A DNA stretch of 64,000 bases from Bacteroidales bacterium. Lineage in GTDB: Bacteria; Bacteroidota; Bacteroidia; Bacteroidales; UBA932. The DNA is taken from NCBI GenBank assembly GCA_017439305.1, contig JAFSJK010000063.1:14367-78366 (forward strand), read 5' to 3'. The notes under the pieces were generated by a model. The model was given only the letters and a program-made list of their open reading frames with translations. It made no database searches and was not told where the DNA came from. Positions 9,176-18,069 of this stretch are shown here, in pieces. Position 1 is the stretch's first letter, and each line of letters opens with the position of its first letter. Position numbers and translations under genes: made by a program.

Positions 9176-10579
9176 TTACAGGGTGAAAGTATAGAGCTTG
9201 TTGAAACCGGTGCTCTCGTTCCAGACGTCCTCATTGGCCAGCTGGATGGAGAACAGCGGATTGTCGCGGAGCGTCTCGCAAGGATCCGGCAGGTTCAGCG
9301 ACAGGGTCACTTCGCCGGAAACGCCGTCCGGAAGGGTTACGGTCTGGTCGATGGCGGTTTTCTCGCCCGGCATCCAGTAGCGCGGGTCGGAGTTCAGGCT
9401 CCAGGTCTTCAGCACCTTGCCGCCCTTGTCGGTGAGCACCAGCTCGGCGTCACGCGGATTCTGGACTGCGGCAAAGCCGTCATTGCGGAGGTCAAGCACC
9501 ACGCGGAAGGATTCTCCGGCCTTAGCACCCTTGGTGTATTGGCCCTTTTCCAGGACGAAGCGGTAGCCCAGTCGCTTCTGGATTTCCTCGAAGCAGCCAC
9601 CGGAACGCCAGCGGCCGATGACGCCGGAGTGATAGCTCTGGTTCAGGTAAGTGAAATGGTTGACGGCCATGTCGGCCAGCGCGCCGATGACGGTGGCGTT
9701 GGTGTTGCCTTCCGGCGGCACGCAGAGGCAGTAGTTCGAAAGGCCGCAGGTCTCGCCGCCCATGATGGTGTAGCGGCTTTCGGAACTCCAGTAGGCGCGG
9801 TCGTTCTTTCCGCGGTAGGTGCCCTGGTCATTGCCGCTGGCCAGGTAGCAGTCGTTGTGACCGCCCAGACGGCCCTTGGGATTCGCCTGATGGGCGGTGG
9901 CACGGGTCAGGGTATCGGAGTAGGAATACCCGTAAAGGTCCATTTTGAACTGCGGGGTACGGAGTTCGATCTGCCGGTCGGCAGGGACCGCGTCCAGCAG
10001 GGCGTCCACGATGGCCTTCCGGTTCGGGTCCTTGCTGTCCCCGTAGTTTTCGGTGTAGTACCATTCGCCCCAGCTGCCGATGAAACCGGCCTGGACAACG
10101 AAGATGATGTCGCCGTATTCCTGGATGATGGGTTTGAGCTGGGCGATATGGCGGAGCGCTTGCTCCGGGGTGGCGTCCCAAGGCTTATCCTTTTCGTCGA
10201 AGCCGTTGGAATAGCAGAAGCGGAGGATGCATTTGGCTCCGCCGTCGCGCATGGACGCAAAGTATTTCCGGACGGTTTCCAGATAATCGGCAGGAATGTC
10301 CGAACTGACGAAATCCGTGAGGTGGAACTCCAGGAGGTACAGCGTACGGGCCTGCTTGCGGTTGATGGAGACGTTGTCCTTGGAAATAGGCTTTGCGGAG
10401 GCGTTATGGATTTCCTGGGGCGTGTAAAAACCGCGTTCGGGATTGGGGATGACTTCATCGGAAGCCTTGTATGCAACGGCTTCCATGCCGGCGATCTGGT
10501 CGTCCGGTCCTTTGCCGCAAGCGACGGCCAGCAGCAGGAGCGCCCCGCAGGCGAAAGTGTTTCTAATCATGGGTTTCAC
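9176..10579 (-). CDS. DUF4874/DUF4832 lipoprotein, tandem paralog
   Basis: NPERGFY, QAGFIGSWGEWYY, GGHNDCY, MGGETC, LGYRF...GFAAVQNPR; start may be 10570. Confidence 0.8.
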   Translation of the reverse strand: MKPMIRNTFACGALLLLAVACGKGPDDQIAGMEAVAYKASDEVIPNPERGFYTPQEIHNASAKPISKDNVSINRKQARTLYLLEFHLTDFVSSDIPADYLETVRKYFASMRDGGAKCILRFCYSNGFDEKDKPWDATPEQALRHIAQLKPIIQEYGDIIFVVQAGFIGSWGEWYYTENYGDSKDPNRKAIVDALLDAVPADRQIELRTPQFKMDLYGYSYSDTLTRATAHQANPKGRLGGHNDCYLASGNDQGTYRGKNDRAYWSSESRYTIMGGETCGLSNYCLCVPPEGNTNATVIGALADMAVNHFTYLNQSYHSGVIGRWRSGGCFEEIQKRLGYRFVLEKGQYTKGAKAGESFRVVLDLRNDGFAAVQNPRDAELVLTDKGGKVLKTWSLNSDPRYWMPGEKTAIDQTVTLPDGVSGEVTLSLNLPDPCETLRDNPLFSIQLANEDVWNESTGFNKLYTFTL

Positions 10580-10590
10580 GGATTATGGTT

Positions 10591-10636
10591 AAAAAAGCAT
10601 GGGCGGGAACCCCGGGTTTGCGGAGACCCGCCCATG
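10591..10636 (-). terminator. Intrinsic terminator inside the PUL
   Basis: CATGGGCGGG/CCCGCCCATG stem followed by T6 on the minus strand. Confidence 0.65.
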
Positions 10637-10656
10637 GCTAGGTTAAAGGGATTCGG

Positions 10657-11385
10657 TTACTTCTTCACAGTCTTGACCTGGAGGGAAGGAGCGAGACCGC
10701 CGGGGTTATCGTCGGTGACGTGGGAATTCGGAAGGACGCCCACGGACTCCCAGTCCTGCTGGATGTCGAAGCCGATGGAGAAGTTGTCAGCGAGCTTCTT
10801 CGGCATGAGCTCACGGGCGATCTGGAACTCGTATTTGCCCTCGATGCCAGCGCCGGCGCAGAGACCGTTGAACTCGCCGAGGTCAGTCCAGGCCCAGCCA
10901 GTGCCGTTCGGCTCACCGGTCCACTCGTGCACGCCGGGCTCGTAGGAGCCGACCTTGGCGCCGTCAGGATAGACGAAGCCTTCGAACAGGAGCTCGGAGC
11001 AGGCATCGGAGAACTCGTCACCATAACCGCCGGTGGAAGCATCACCGTCCGTGTTGATGTAGCAGTGGAAAGGAACGTGCTCCACATCGGGCTCGTGGGT
11101 GATCTGGTCCTTGTCCCACTCGAAGTAGACAAACACGTACACCGCGTCGGCATACACCTTCACGACTTTGAGGGCCGTCTTCGTGGCCTCAGGGTCGCAC
11201 TTGGCCTCAGCGACGGAAGTGAGCTTGGCCCAGTCGGAGAAATCGCCGTCCACCTTGATGGGAGCGACATACTCCTCTTCCTTCTTGCCATCATCGTCGT
11301 CCTCGTCGTCATTGGGCTTGTTGCAGGAGACGGAGATCGCGAGGATCGAAGCCGTCATCGCCAGAAAAGAAAGGATCTTTTTCAT
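10657..11385 (-). CDS. Surface lipoprotein, IDGxFxDW family (putative glycan-binding)
   Basis: VSCNKPNDDEDDDD; PIKVDGDFSDW; immediately downstream of susD. Confidence 0.75.
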   Translation of the reverse strand: MKKILSFLAMTASILAISVSCNKPNDDEDDDDGKKEEEYVAPIKVDGDFSDWAKLTSVAEAKCDPEATKTALKVVKVYADAVYVFVYFEWDKDQITHEPDVEHVPFHCYINTDGDASTGGYGDEFSDACSELLFEGFVYPDGAKVGSYEPGVHEWTGEPNGTGWAWTDLGEFNGLCAGAGIEGKYEFQIARELMPKKLADNFSIGFDIQQDWESVGVLPNSHVTDDNPGGLAPSLQVKTVKK

Positions 11386-11436
11386 GATTTGTGTTTTTTG
11401 GGTTAATGTAAAAATGTTTGGGTTGTTTCAAGTGGT

Positions 11437-13212
11437 TTAATGTCTGTTCTGCTCGATGCCGCTGGAGTTGATTTCGTCCAGGGGGAGGAGCAGCGCGATG
11501 CGCGGATCGTTCGGCTGGATGATCTCCCAGTCGTGGCAGCCCACGAAGCGACGGTCCAGAGGCAGCTTGTTGCGGAAGGAGTCGAAGGCGCTGTGGCCCT
11601 CGTAGCAGAGCTCGCGACGACGCTCGTCCAGTACGCAGGAGAGGGCGGAATCATAGCCGCGCTCCTTGATGTTGGAGGAGGTCATCAGGGCATCGCCGGT
11701 GAGGCCGGCACGCTTGCGGATGGTGTTCACGTCGTCCAGGGCCTGGCTGTCCTTGCCGGTCTTGGCATAGGCTTCAGCGCGGTTCAGGACCACTTCGCCC
11801 CAACGGAGGAACACCGGCGAAGTCATCATCGGCAGACCGTCCTGATAGCTGAACTTGGAGCAGTAGTAGATCGCATAGCTACCGCCCATGTTGAAGCGGA
11901 CGCCCTTGCCGCGGGTGAAGTTCGGACGGACATAGACGCGGGCCTTGCCGTCGGTCTTGATGCCCGGGAAGCCGGCATCCTCGACATAGTACTCGGTGTA
12001 GGTGTTCACAATGGTGGGTTTGGCCGTGTAAGGCTTGCCCTGGTAGATGAAGGTCACGGAACCGTCGGCCTTCTGGGTGCAGTCAAAGGCGAAGTCGTCG
12101 GAGCAGGAGTTGCTCTTGTCGTCGGACTTGATGGGGAAAACCACCGTCACCTTGTCGGTCGTGGCATAGCCCTGGCCCTTGTACTCCGGCATGCTGAAGT
12201 AAGCGGCGAAACGCTTGTCCTCAGGATAGCGGCGGAAATTATCGATGAGGTTCTCGTTCCAATAGTGCTCACCCCAGCCGTTGCCGTCCTTGATGTACAT
12301 GGAGGCGATGGAAGCCTCGGCGTGCTCGCCGGCCCAGTCGTCGTTCTGGTCCAGGCGGATGCACCAGATGGTCTCCGGACTGTCATAGGTGTGCGTGGGA
12401 TAGTCGGCGAAGTCGTAGCCTGACGTGACGGCGGACGGTGCGTGGGCAAGCAGTTCGTTGCACTGCTCGATGCACTTCTCATTCTCGCCCATGTACAGAT
12501 ACACGCGGGAAAGGAGGGCGGTGGCGGCGTCCAGGCTCACATAAGCCTTGTCGTTGCCCTTGATGCGCTCGCTCTCGCCGTTCGCGAGATACTTCTTGGC
12601 CTCGAGGAGGTCGTTGACGACGGCGTCGTACACCTCACCCACGGTGGCACGCTTGGTGGTGGAGATGTCCAGGTCCTGGCGCAGCACCACGCCCGGGTTG
12701 TCACGGCCCTGCGCATACGGCATCGCGAAGAGGTTCACGAGCTGGAAGTGCAGGAGGGCACGGAAGAAGTAGTTCTCACCGAGCAGATGGTCGCTCAGGG
12801 GCGATGCGCCCGGGACGATGGCGTCGATGTTGGAATTCGCAGCGTTGATGATCTTGTAGCCGATCCACCAGGTGTAGTAGATGTTCTTGTGGGTGGGATC
12901 CTCGCTGTACATGTAGGCCTCGGTGAACGGGTCCTCGGACTTACCGGAAACCGTCACGTTGTTTCCCCGGAGCTCAGCGAGCTGGAAGTAATGGCGGATG
13001 TAGTAGTTTCCGCTCTCACCGCCGCTCTGGCCCTTGTAGGCGATACGATCCTTGAACAGGGTGTAAATGCCATCGGTGGTGTAGACCGCCGAGGAAGGGT
13101 TCTCGGCCAGCTGGGCGGAGGTCATGGAATCCGAAGAATAGAAGTCCATGTTGCAAGACGCCAGGGCGAGGGCCGCAAGTACGATTGTTACGATGGTAAT
13201 TATCTTTTTCAT
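11437..13212 (-). CDS. susD: RagB/SusD family lipoprotein
   Basis: Lipobox LASC; GENYFFRALLHFQLVNLF; RWGEVVLNRAEA; DERRRELCYEGH. Confidence 0.95.
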   Translation of the reverse strand: MKKIITIVTIVLAALALASCNMDFYSSDSMTSAQLAENPSSAVYTTDGIYTLFKDRIAYKGQSGGESGNYYIRHYFQLAELRGNNVTVSGKSEDPFTEAYMYSEDPTHKNIYYTWWIGYKIINAANSNIDAIVPGASPLSDHLLGENYFFRALLHFQLVNLFAMPYAQGRDNPGVVLRQDLDISTTKRATVGEVYDAVVNDLLEAKKYLANGESERIKGNDKAYVSLDAATALLSRVYLYMGENEKCIEQCNELLAHAPSAVTSGYDFADYPTHTYDSPETIWCIRLDQNDDWAGEHAEASIASMYIKDGNGWGEHYWNENLIDNFRRYPEDKRFAAYFSMPEYKGQGYATTDKVTVVFPIKSDDKSNSCSDDFAFDCTQKADGSVTFIYQGKPYTAKPTIVNTYTEYYVEDAGFPGIKTDGKARVYVRPNFTRGKGVRFNMGGSYAIYYCSKFSYQDGLPMMTSPVFLRWGEVVLNRAEAYAKTGKDSQALDDVNTIRKRAGLTGDALMTSSNIKERGYDSALSCVLDERRRELCYEGHSAFDSFRNKLPLDRRFVGCHDWEIIQPNDPRIALLLPLDEINSSGIEQNRH

Positions 13213-13229
13213 AACTCGTGCACGCTTGA

Positions 13230-16200
13230 TTATTTAACGATGCAGACTGCTACGCGGTTGCTTTCCGGAGTTGCGGAAGCGTCGCGGTCGCCGCCCTTGG
13301 AGGAGCAAGAGATCCTGTCAGCGGAGATACCGGCATTCCGAAGCATTTCGGCCACGGTTTCAGCACGTTTCTGGGACAGTTCCCTGTTGATTTCGGAAGT
13401 ACCGGTAGCCGTGTCGGCATAGCCGGTGATTTCGATCTTGGCATCAGGATTGTCCTTGAGGATCTGAGCGATCCGGCCCAGCTTGAAGGCCTCGTCAGGA
13501 CGGATCTCAGCCTTGCCGATGACGAAGAAGAGGTCATCGTTGTAGGTACCATCGAGCGTGGAGGCAGGGACCTTCTTCTCGACGATCTTCTCCACAATCT
13601 TTTCCACGGGAACCTGCTTCTCGACAATCTTTTCGACCACTTTCTCAACCACGGCAGGAGCGACGTTGGAGAAGCTCGCAGGCTGGGCGGCCGGGGCCTT
13701 CTTGGCTCCGCCGAAGGTGATCTCGAGGCCAAGGACTACAGACAGAGGAACAGGATAGTTGCTGGAGTACAGACCGGCGTGGTGATAGGTGTCGCCATCC
13801 AGGCGGACTTCCGGGTCCATGCCGGAGAAACGGGACAGGGTGAAGATATTGTCAGCAGCCGCGTAGACGCGGGCATTGGCGATATTCGCCTTCTGGATGA
13901 GCGTCTTCGGCAGGTTGTAAGCCAGAGTCACGTTACGGAGACGGAAGAAACTGCCGTCCTCCAGGTAACGGGAGGAAGTACCGTTGGAACCATCAGCACG
14001 GGCGGCCACCAGCGCAGGGTGGGTGGCGACGTCGCCTTCCTTCTTCCAGCGCTTCCAGCCGAGGCCGTTCTTGATGGACATCTGGTTGAGGCCGGTGTAG
14101 GCACCGTCGGAGTCCATCTGCTCACGGTTCTTATTGTAGATCTGGTTGCCGAAGACGAAGTTGCCGTTGGCGCTGAGGGTGAAGTTCCAGAAGCGGAGGC
14201 TGGTGTTGATACCGCCGCTGAACATCGGGGAGGCCTTGCCCACCAGTTGCTGGGTGGCTTCGGCGAGCTTGTTGGTCACGGCGGACTTCATCTTGGCCTG
14301 CGTGTTTCCGTTCTCGTCGATGTAGAAGATCGGATTGCCGGACTCGTCCAGGTCGGGAACGAAGGTCTCCCACATCGGAAGACCGTTCTCGCGGTCGACA
14401 CCCAGCCACTTGGGCATGTACCAGGAGTAGACGTCCTCACCCTCGCGGATGACCTGGTTGACGTCACCGCGGTTCATCACGATGTCGGCGTGGCCCGGAA
14501 GCTCGATCACGCGGTTCTGGTTGAGACCCAGGTTGAGACCGATGTTCCAGCCGAAGTTCTTCCGGTTGAAGATGGCGCCGTCCGTGGCGAATTCAACACC
14601 CATGTTACGTACGGTGCCCACGTTGTCCATGACGGCGAAGAAACCGGTGGACGGGGACATCGGGGATTCCAGGAGGATCTTGGTGTTGATGGTGTGATAG
14701 AGGTCGATCGTGAAGTTCCAGTTCTTCAGGAGGGTGGCATCCAGACCGAGGCTGGTCATGTAAGCCTCTTCCCAACCGAGGTTCGGGTTGGCCATGCGCT
14801 CCAGGATGGCGGTCTTGGTGCCGTTGTACTGGCCGCTGAGGGAGAAGGTGTCCTGATAGGAGAAGGCCGGGATGTTGTCGTTACCGGTCTTACCGTAACC
14901 CGCGCGCAGCTTGAGGAAGGTCAGCGGGCTGTTCTTCATGAAATTCTCATTGGAGATAATCCAGGCTGCGGAAGCGCCCGGGAAATAACCGCCGCGATTG
15001 TTGGGACCGAACTTGTAGCTCTCGTCATAGCGGATGGAAGCGGTGAGGATGTACTTGCCCAGGTAGGAATACTGTGCCTGAGCGAGCCAGGCCCAGGAGC
15101 GGGAGTGGTAGTCACGGCCGCTCACGCTGCTCATCACGGTGTTGGAGAGGGAACGCTGGCCGATCGGGAACTGGATACCGGCAGCACCCATGTCGCGGGA
15201 ATAGCCTTCGCCATACTCCCAGCCCACGGTGGCGTTCAAGTCGTGGTCGCCGAAGGTCTTGTGGAACTTCGCGAGGTCGGTCGTGCCCCAGCCGGTCCAT
15301 TCGCCGTCACTGTTCTCGAGGCTGCCGCCGGTACCCATACCGTCATAGGTGCGGGGGTCGACGTAGTACTCGTAGAAGGAGTGGGAAGTGTCGTAGCGGT
15401 TCATGGAGGTGAGGGTGAGCCAGTCGGTCACGACCCAGACGAACTGGAGGTCGCCGGTAAGGCTCTCGCCATGTCCCTTGGAATAGTTGTAACTTTCACT
15501 GTGCAGCACGTTGGAGGGGTTCTGGGTCCACCAAGTACCGCCGCCGTAACCGTCGGAACGGGACTTGCCGTCCATGAAGATGTATTCTCCGGTAGAGTGC
15601 CACTTGCCGTTCTCGTCCTGTTCCATCACATAAGGGACGTCCCAAGGCATGGCATAGTAGGAATATTCCAGGGTACGCCAGGAAGAAGTGCCCTGGTCAT
15701 AGGATTTCGCGTAATTGAGACGCACCGACATGGTCAGACGGTCCGCGAGCGGAACCGACAGGTTCATGCGGGCGGAAGTCTTCTTGAAGTTGGTGTTGAT
15801 GAGGGTACCCTTCTCATTGTAGTGGTCGGCACTCACGAAGTAGTTGACCTTGCCAGCCTTGCCGGAAGCGGAAGCGTAGTAGTCCTGCACCATGCCCAAC
15901 TTGAAGTTGTTGTTCACCCAGTCGAAGTCCTGCTCCAGCAGGCTCTCGGGATAGGTGAGGTCGAACAGGGTCGAGGAGAACATGCCCTTCGCGTAGTTGT
16001 AGAGTTCCTTGGAGTTCATCGGGCGGAAGGTACCCATCAGGGCCTTCTTGATACCGCCGTTGGCCTTGAATTCCACGGTGGTATTGTCGGCCGAGCCGCT
16101 CTTGGTGGTAACCACGATGACACCGCCGGAAGCGGCCGCACCGTAAAGGGCGGTGGCGGAAGCGTCCTTCAGGACGGTGATGGTCTCGATGTCGTTGGGG

Positions 16201-16775
16201 TTGAAGGAACCGCCGGCGACGCCGTCCACCACATAGAGAGGACCCGCGCCTGCGGTGATGGAACCGGTACCGCGGATGCGGATGTCGGCATTGTCACCAG
16301 GCTGGCCGGAGCCGTTCATGACCACGACGCCGGCCACCTTGCCTTGCAGCATGTTACCCACGTCGTTGGAGCTCACGTCACGGAGCTTCTCACCGCTCAT
16401 CGAGACGACGGCACTGGAGAGTTCCGCTTTCTTCTGGGTAGTGTAACCCAGGACCACGACTTCGTCGAGGGCCTCGGTGTCGGGGTTGAGGGCTACGTTG
16501 ATGACAGCACGGCCGTTGATAGCTTCCGTCACGCTGACATAACCCAGGGACGAGAACGTAATCGTGGCGTTCGCAGGCGCCGTAATCACGAACTTACCGT
16601 CGAAATCGGTGATGGTTCCGTTTCCGCCGGAGAGCATGACTCCCGCCCCGATGAGGGGCTGGCCATCCGAGGCGTCCGTAACCTGGCCCGTGACGGTGAC
16701 GTTTTGGGCCGTTGCAGGGATGGCAAGCGCGATGGCGGCCATTACCGCAAGCAGGTAGGAATAGATTTTTCTCAT
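13230..16775 (-). CDS. susC: SusC/RagA TonB-dependent transporter fused to a C-terminal OmpA-like domain
   Basis: IRIRGTGS, PLYVVDG, VLKDASATALYGAAASGGVIVVTTK, FFRLRNVTLAY; barrel ends LGLEITF at aa 1021 (nt 13713); then 160 aa with VEKIVEK linker and ITGYAD..G...N..LS..RA..V. Confidence 0.92.
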   Translation of the reverse strand: MRKIYSYLLAVMAAIALAIPATAQNVTVTGQVTDASDGQPLIGAGVMLSGGNGTITDFDGKFVITAPANATITFSSLGYVSVTEAINGRAVINVALNPDTEALDEVVVLGYTTQKKAELSSAVVSMSGEKLRDVSSNDVGNMLQGKVAGVVVMNGSGQPGDNADIRIRGTGSITAGAGPLYVVDGVAGGSFNPNDIETITVLKDASATALYGAAASGGVIVVTTKSGSADNTTVEFKANGGIKKALMGTFRPMNSKELYNYAKGMFSSTLFDLTYPESLLEQDFDWVNNNFKLGMVQDYYASASGKAGKVNYFVSADHYNEKGTLINTNFKKTSARMNLSVPLADRLTMSVRLNYAKSYDQGTSSWRTLEYSYYAMPWDVPYVMEQDENGKWHSTGEYIFMDGKSRSDGYGGGTWWTQNPSNVLHSESYNYSKGHGESLTGDLQFVWVVTDWLTLTSMNRYDTSHSFYEYYVDPRTYDGMGTGGSLENSDGEWTGWGTTDLAKFHKTFGDHDLNATVGWEYGEGYSRDMGAAGIQFPIGQRSLSNTVMSSVSGRDYHSRSWAWLAQAQYSYLGKYILTASIRYDESYKFGPNNRGGYFPGASAAWIISNENFMKNSPLTFLKLRAGYGKTGNDNIPAFSYQDTFSLSGQYNGTKTAILERMANPNLGWEEAYMTSLGLDATLLKNWNFTIDLYHTINTKILLESPMSPSTGFFAVMDNVGTVRNMGVEFATDGAIFNRKNFGWNIGLNLGLNQNRVIELPGHADIVMNRGDVNQVIREGEDVYSWYMPKWLGVDRENGLPMWETFVPDLDESGNPIFYIDENGNTQAKMKSAVTNKLAEATQQLVGKASPMFSGGINTSLRFWNFTLSANGNFVFGNQIYNKNREQMDSDGAYTGLNQMSIKNGLGWKRWKKEGDVATHPALVAARADGSNGTSSRYLEDGSFFRLRNVTLAYNLPKTLIQKANIANARVYAAADNIFTLSRFSGMDPEVRLDGDTYHHAGLYSSNYPVPLSVVLGLEITFGGAKKAPAAQPASFSNVAPAVVEKVVEKIVEKQVPVEKIVEKIVEKKVPASTLDGTYNDDLFFVIGKAEIRPDEAFKLGRIAQILKDNPDAKIEITGYADTATGTSEINRELSQKRAETVAEMLRNAGISADRISCSSKGGDRDASATPESNRVAVCIVK

Positions 16776-16838
16776 GGCGAGATCTATTGGTTATTAACTA
16801 TAATAAGATGAAAAAAATATATCAACTGTTGCCGAAGC

Positions 16839-18065
16839 CTATAATAAATCATTCAGGCCGATCAGGTTAAAGGCCCGGAAGTACTTGTCCATGTCGCGTT
16901 CGATCCGGCCCAGGACCACCTCTTCCGCGTCGATGCCGACCCGCTTCAGGTTGTCGAACAGGAAGCCGCGGGCGGCCAGGGGTTTCGGCTGCTGCCAGAT
17001 GTAACGGCAGCAGGTGGCGACGATCCAGTCCTGACGCTCCGGGGTAAGTTCGTGGAGATCCTTCCCCTGCTCGTCTTCGTGGAGCCATTTTTCCCAGCGA
17101 TGGGAAGCGTGGACGGCCTCCAGGAGGGTTTCCTTCATCCGGGACGGGACGGCGATACGGCCTTCCGCATCCAGTTTCTTCTCCACTTCCTCCAGTTCGC
17201 AGAGGGCGCGGTACTCACTCATCGTGAATTCGGGACCCACGTTGGCGGCGCCCATGCCGCAGAGAGGATACTCCTCGGGGTTAGCTACATCATCGGTATA
17301 GTGACCCTTGATGTAGCTACCCAGAGGACGTACCTTGGATGTCAGCCGCTTCGCCACTTCACCGTCAAACACCGTCGTGTCCAGGTCGGTGCCCACTTTC
17401 CCGACGATGAAGCAGGGCCATACATCCCCCAAACCAACGTTTACCAACCCTATTTTCAAATCATGGATGAAAGTGTCGAAAGTTGTTTCGTCCGCCAGGC
17501 CGCCGTGGACCTCTTCCGTACCCACCTCGTAGGAGATGGGGGGAAGGCCCTTTTCCTTGCGGAAACGCTCCACATGGTCGATGAGCTCGACGGTGCGGGC
17601 GGCCACCAGATGGATGTCGATGATCTCCCCCTTGGGGACGTTGATGTCCACCGTGGGATCCACGTGGATCAGGTCGTATCCGGCGAGGACGGCCGCCTCG
17701 AAGGACTTCTTCACGCCGTCCATCGCATCTTTCACGGACCATTTCTCCGTACGCTGCCGGTCCTTGAGCCAGGGACCGCCGTGGTCGATGGCGATGATCA
17801 CGGGGCCGGTGAAATGGACGCGTTCGGTCTCGAAACGCACCAGCCGCGTGAACTGCTCCTGGGTCATCCCGGTATAACCGCCGTCGCAGTCTACCTGGTT
17901 GAGGGTGGCCGCGAAGTAGATGGGCGCATTGTTGCGCTTGGCGGCGCGCAGGGAGGCGCGGATGACGGACGGGGAGTTGGGGCAGGCCGCGAAGATTGTG
18001 CGGCGGATGCCCGTCTCACGCTCCAGCTGGTCGATGCGGTGAAGGAGATTCTCAGTTTTTGCCAT
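16839..18065 (-). CDS. kbaZ: KbaZ/GatZ/AgaZ family protein (likely tagatose-6-phosphate 4-epimerase)
   Basis: Start reset to MAKTENLL; ATLNQVDCDGGYTG, DHGGPW, IHVDPT, EVGTEE, KGHYTD, ANVGPEF. Confidence 0.88.
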   Translation of the reverse strand: MAKTENLLHRIDQLERETGIRRTIFAACPNSPSVIRASLRAAKRNNAPIYFAATLNQVDCDGGYTGMTQEQFTRLVRFETERVHFTGPVIIAIDHGGPWLKDRQRTEKWSVKDAMDGVKKSFEAAVLAGYDLIHVDPTVDINVPKGEIIDIHLVAARTVELIDHVERFRKEKGLPPISYEVGTEEVHGGLADETTFDTFIHDLKIGLVNVGLGDVWPCFIVGKVGTDLDTTVFDGEVAKRLTSKVRPLGSYIKGHYTDDVANPEEYPLCGMGAANVGPEFTMSEYRALCELEEVEKKLDAEGRIAVPSRMKETLLEAVHASHRWEKWLHEDEQGKDLHELTPERQDWIVATCCRYIWQQPKPLAARGFLFDNLKRVGIDAEEVVLGRIERDMDKYFRAFNLIGLNDLL

Positions 18066-18069
18066 AGTT

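Noticed and set aside
13779-16811. 1010-aa plus-strand ORF and many other long antisense ORFs (e.g. 8717-10945, 29265-31199, 51157-53088)
   Set aside because: Shadow frames of high-GC genes on the opposite strand; no motifs, signal peptides or operon logic
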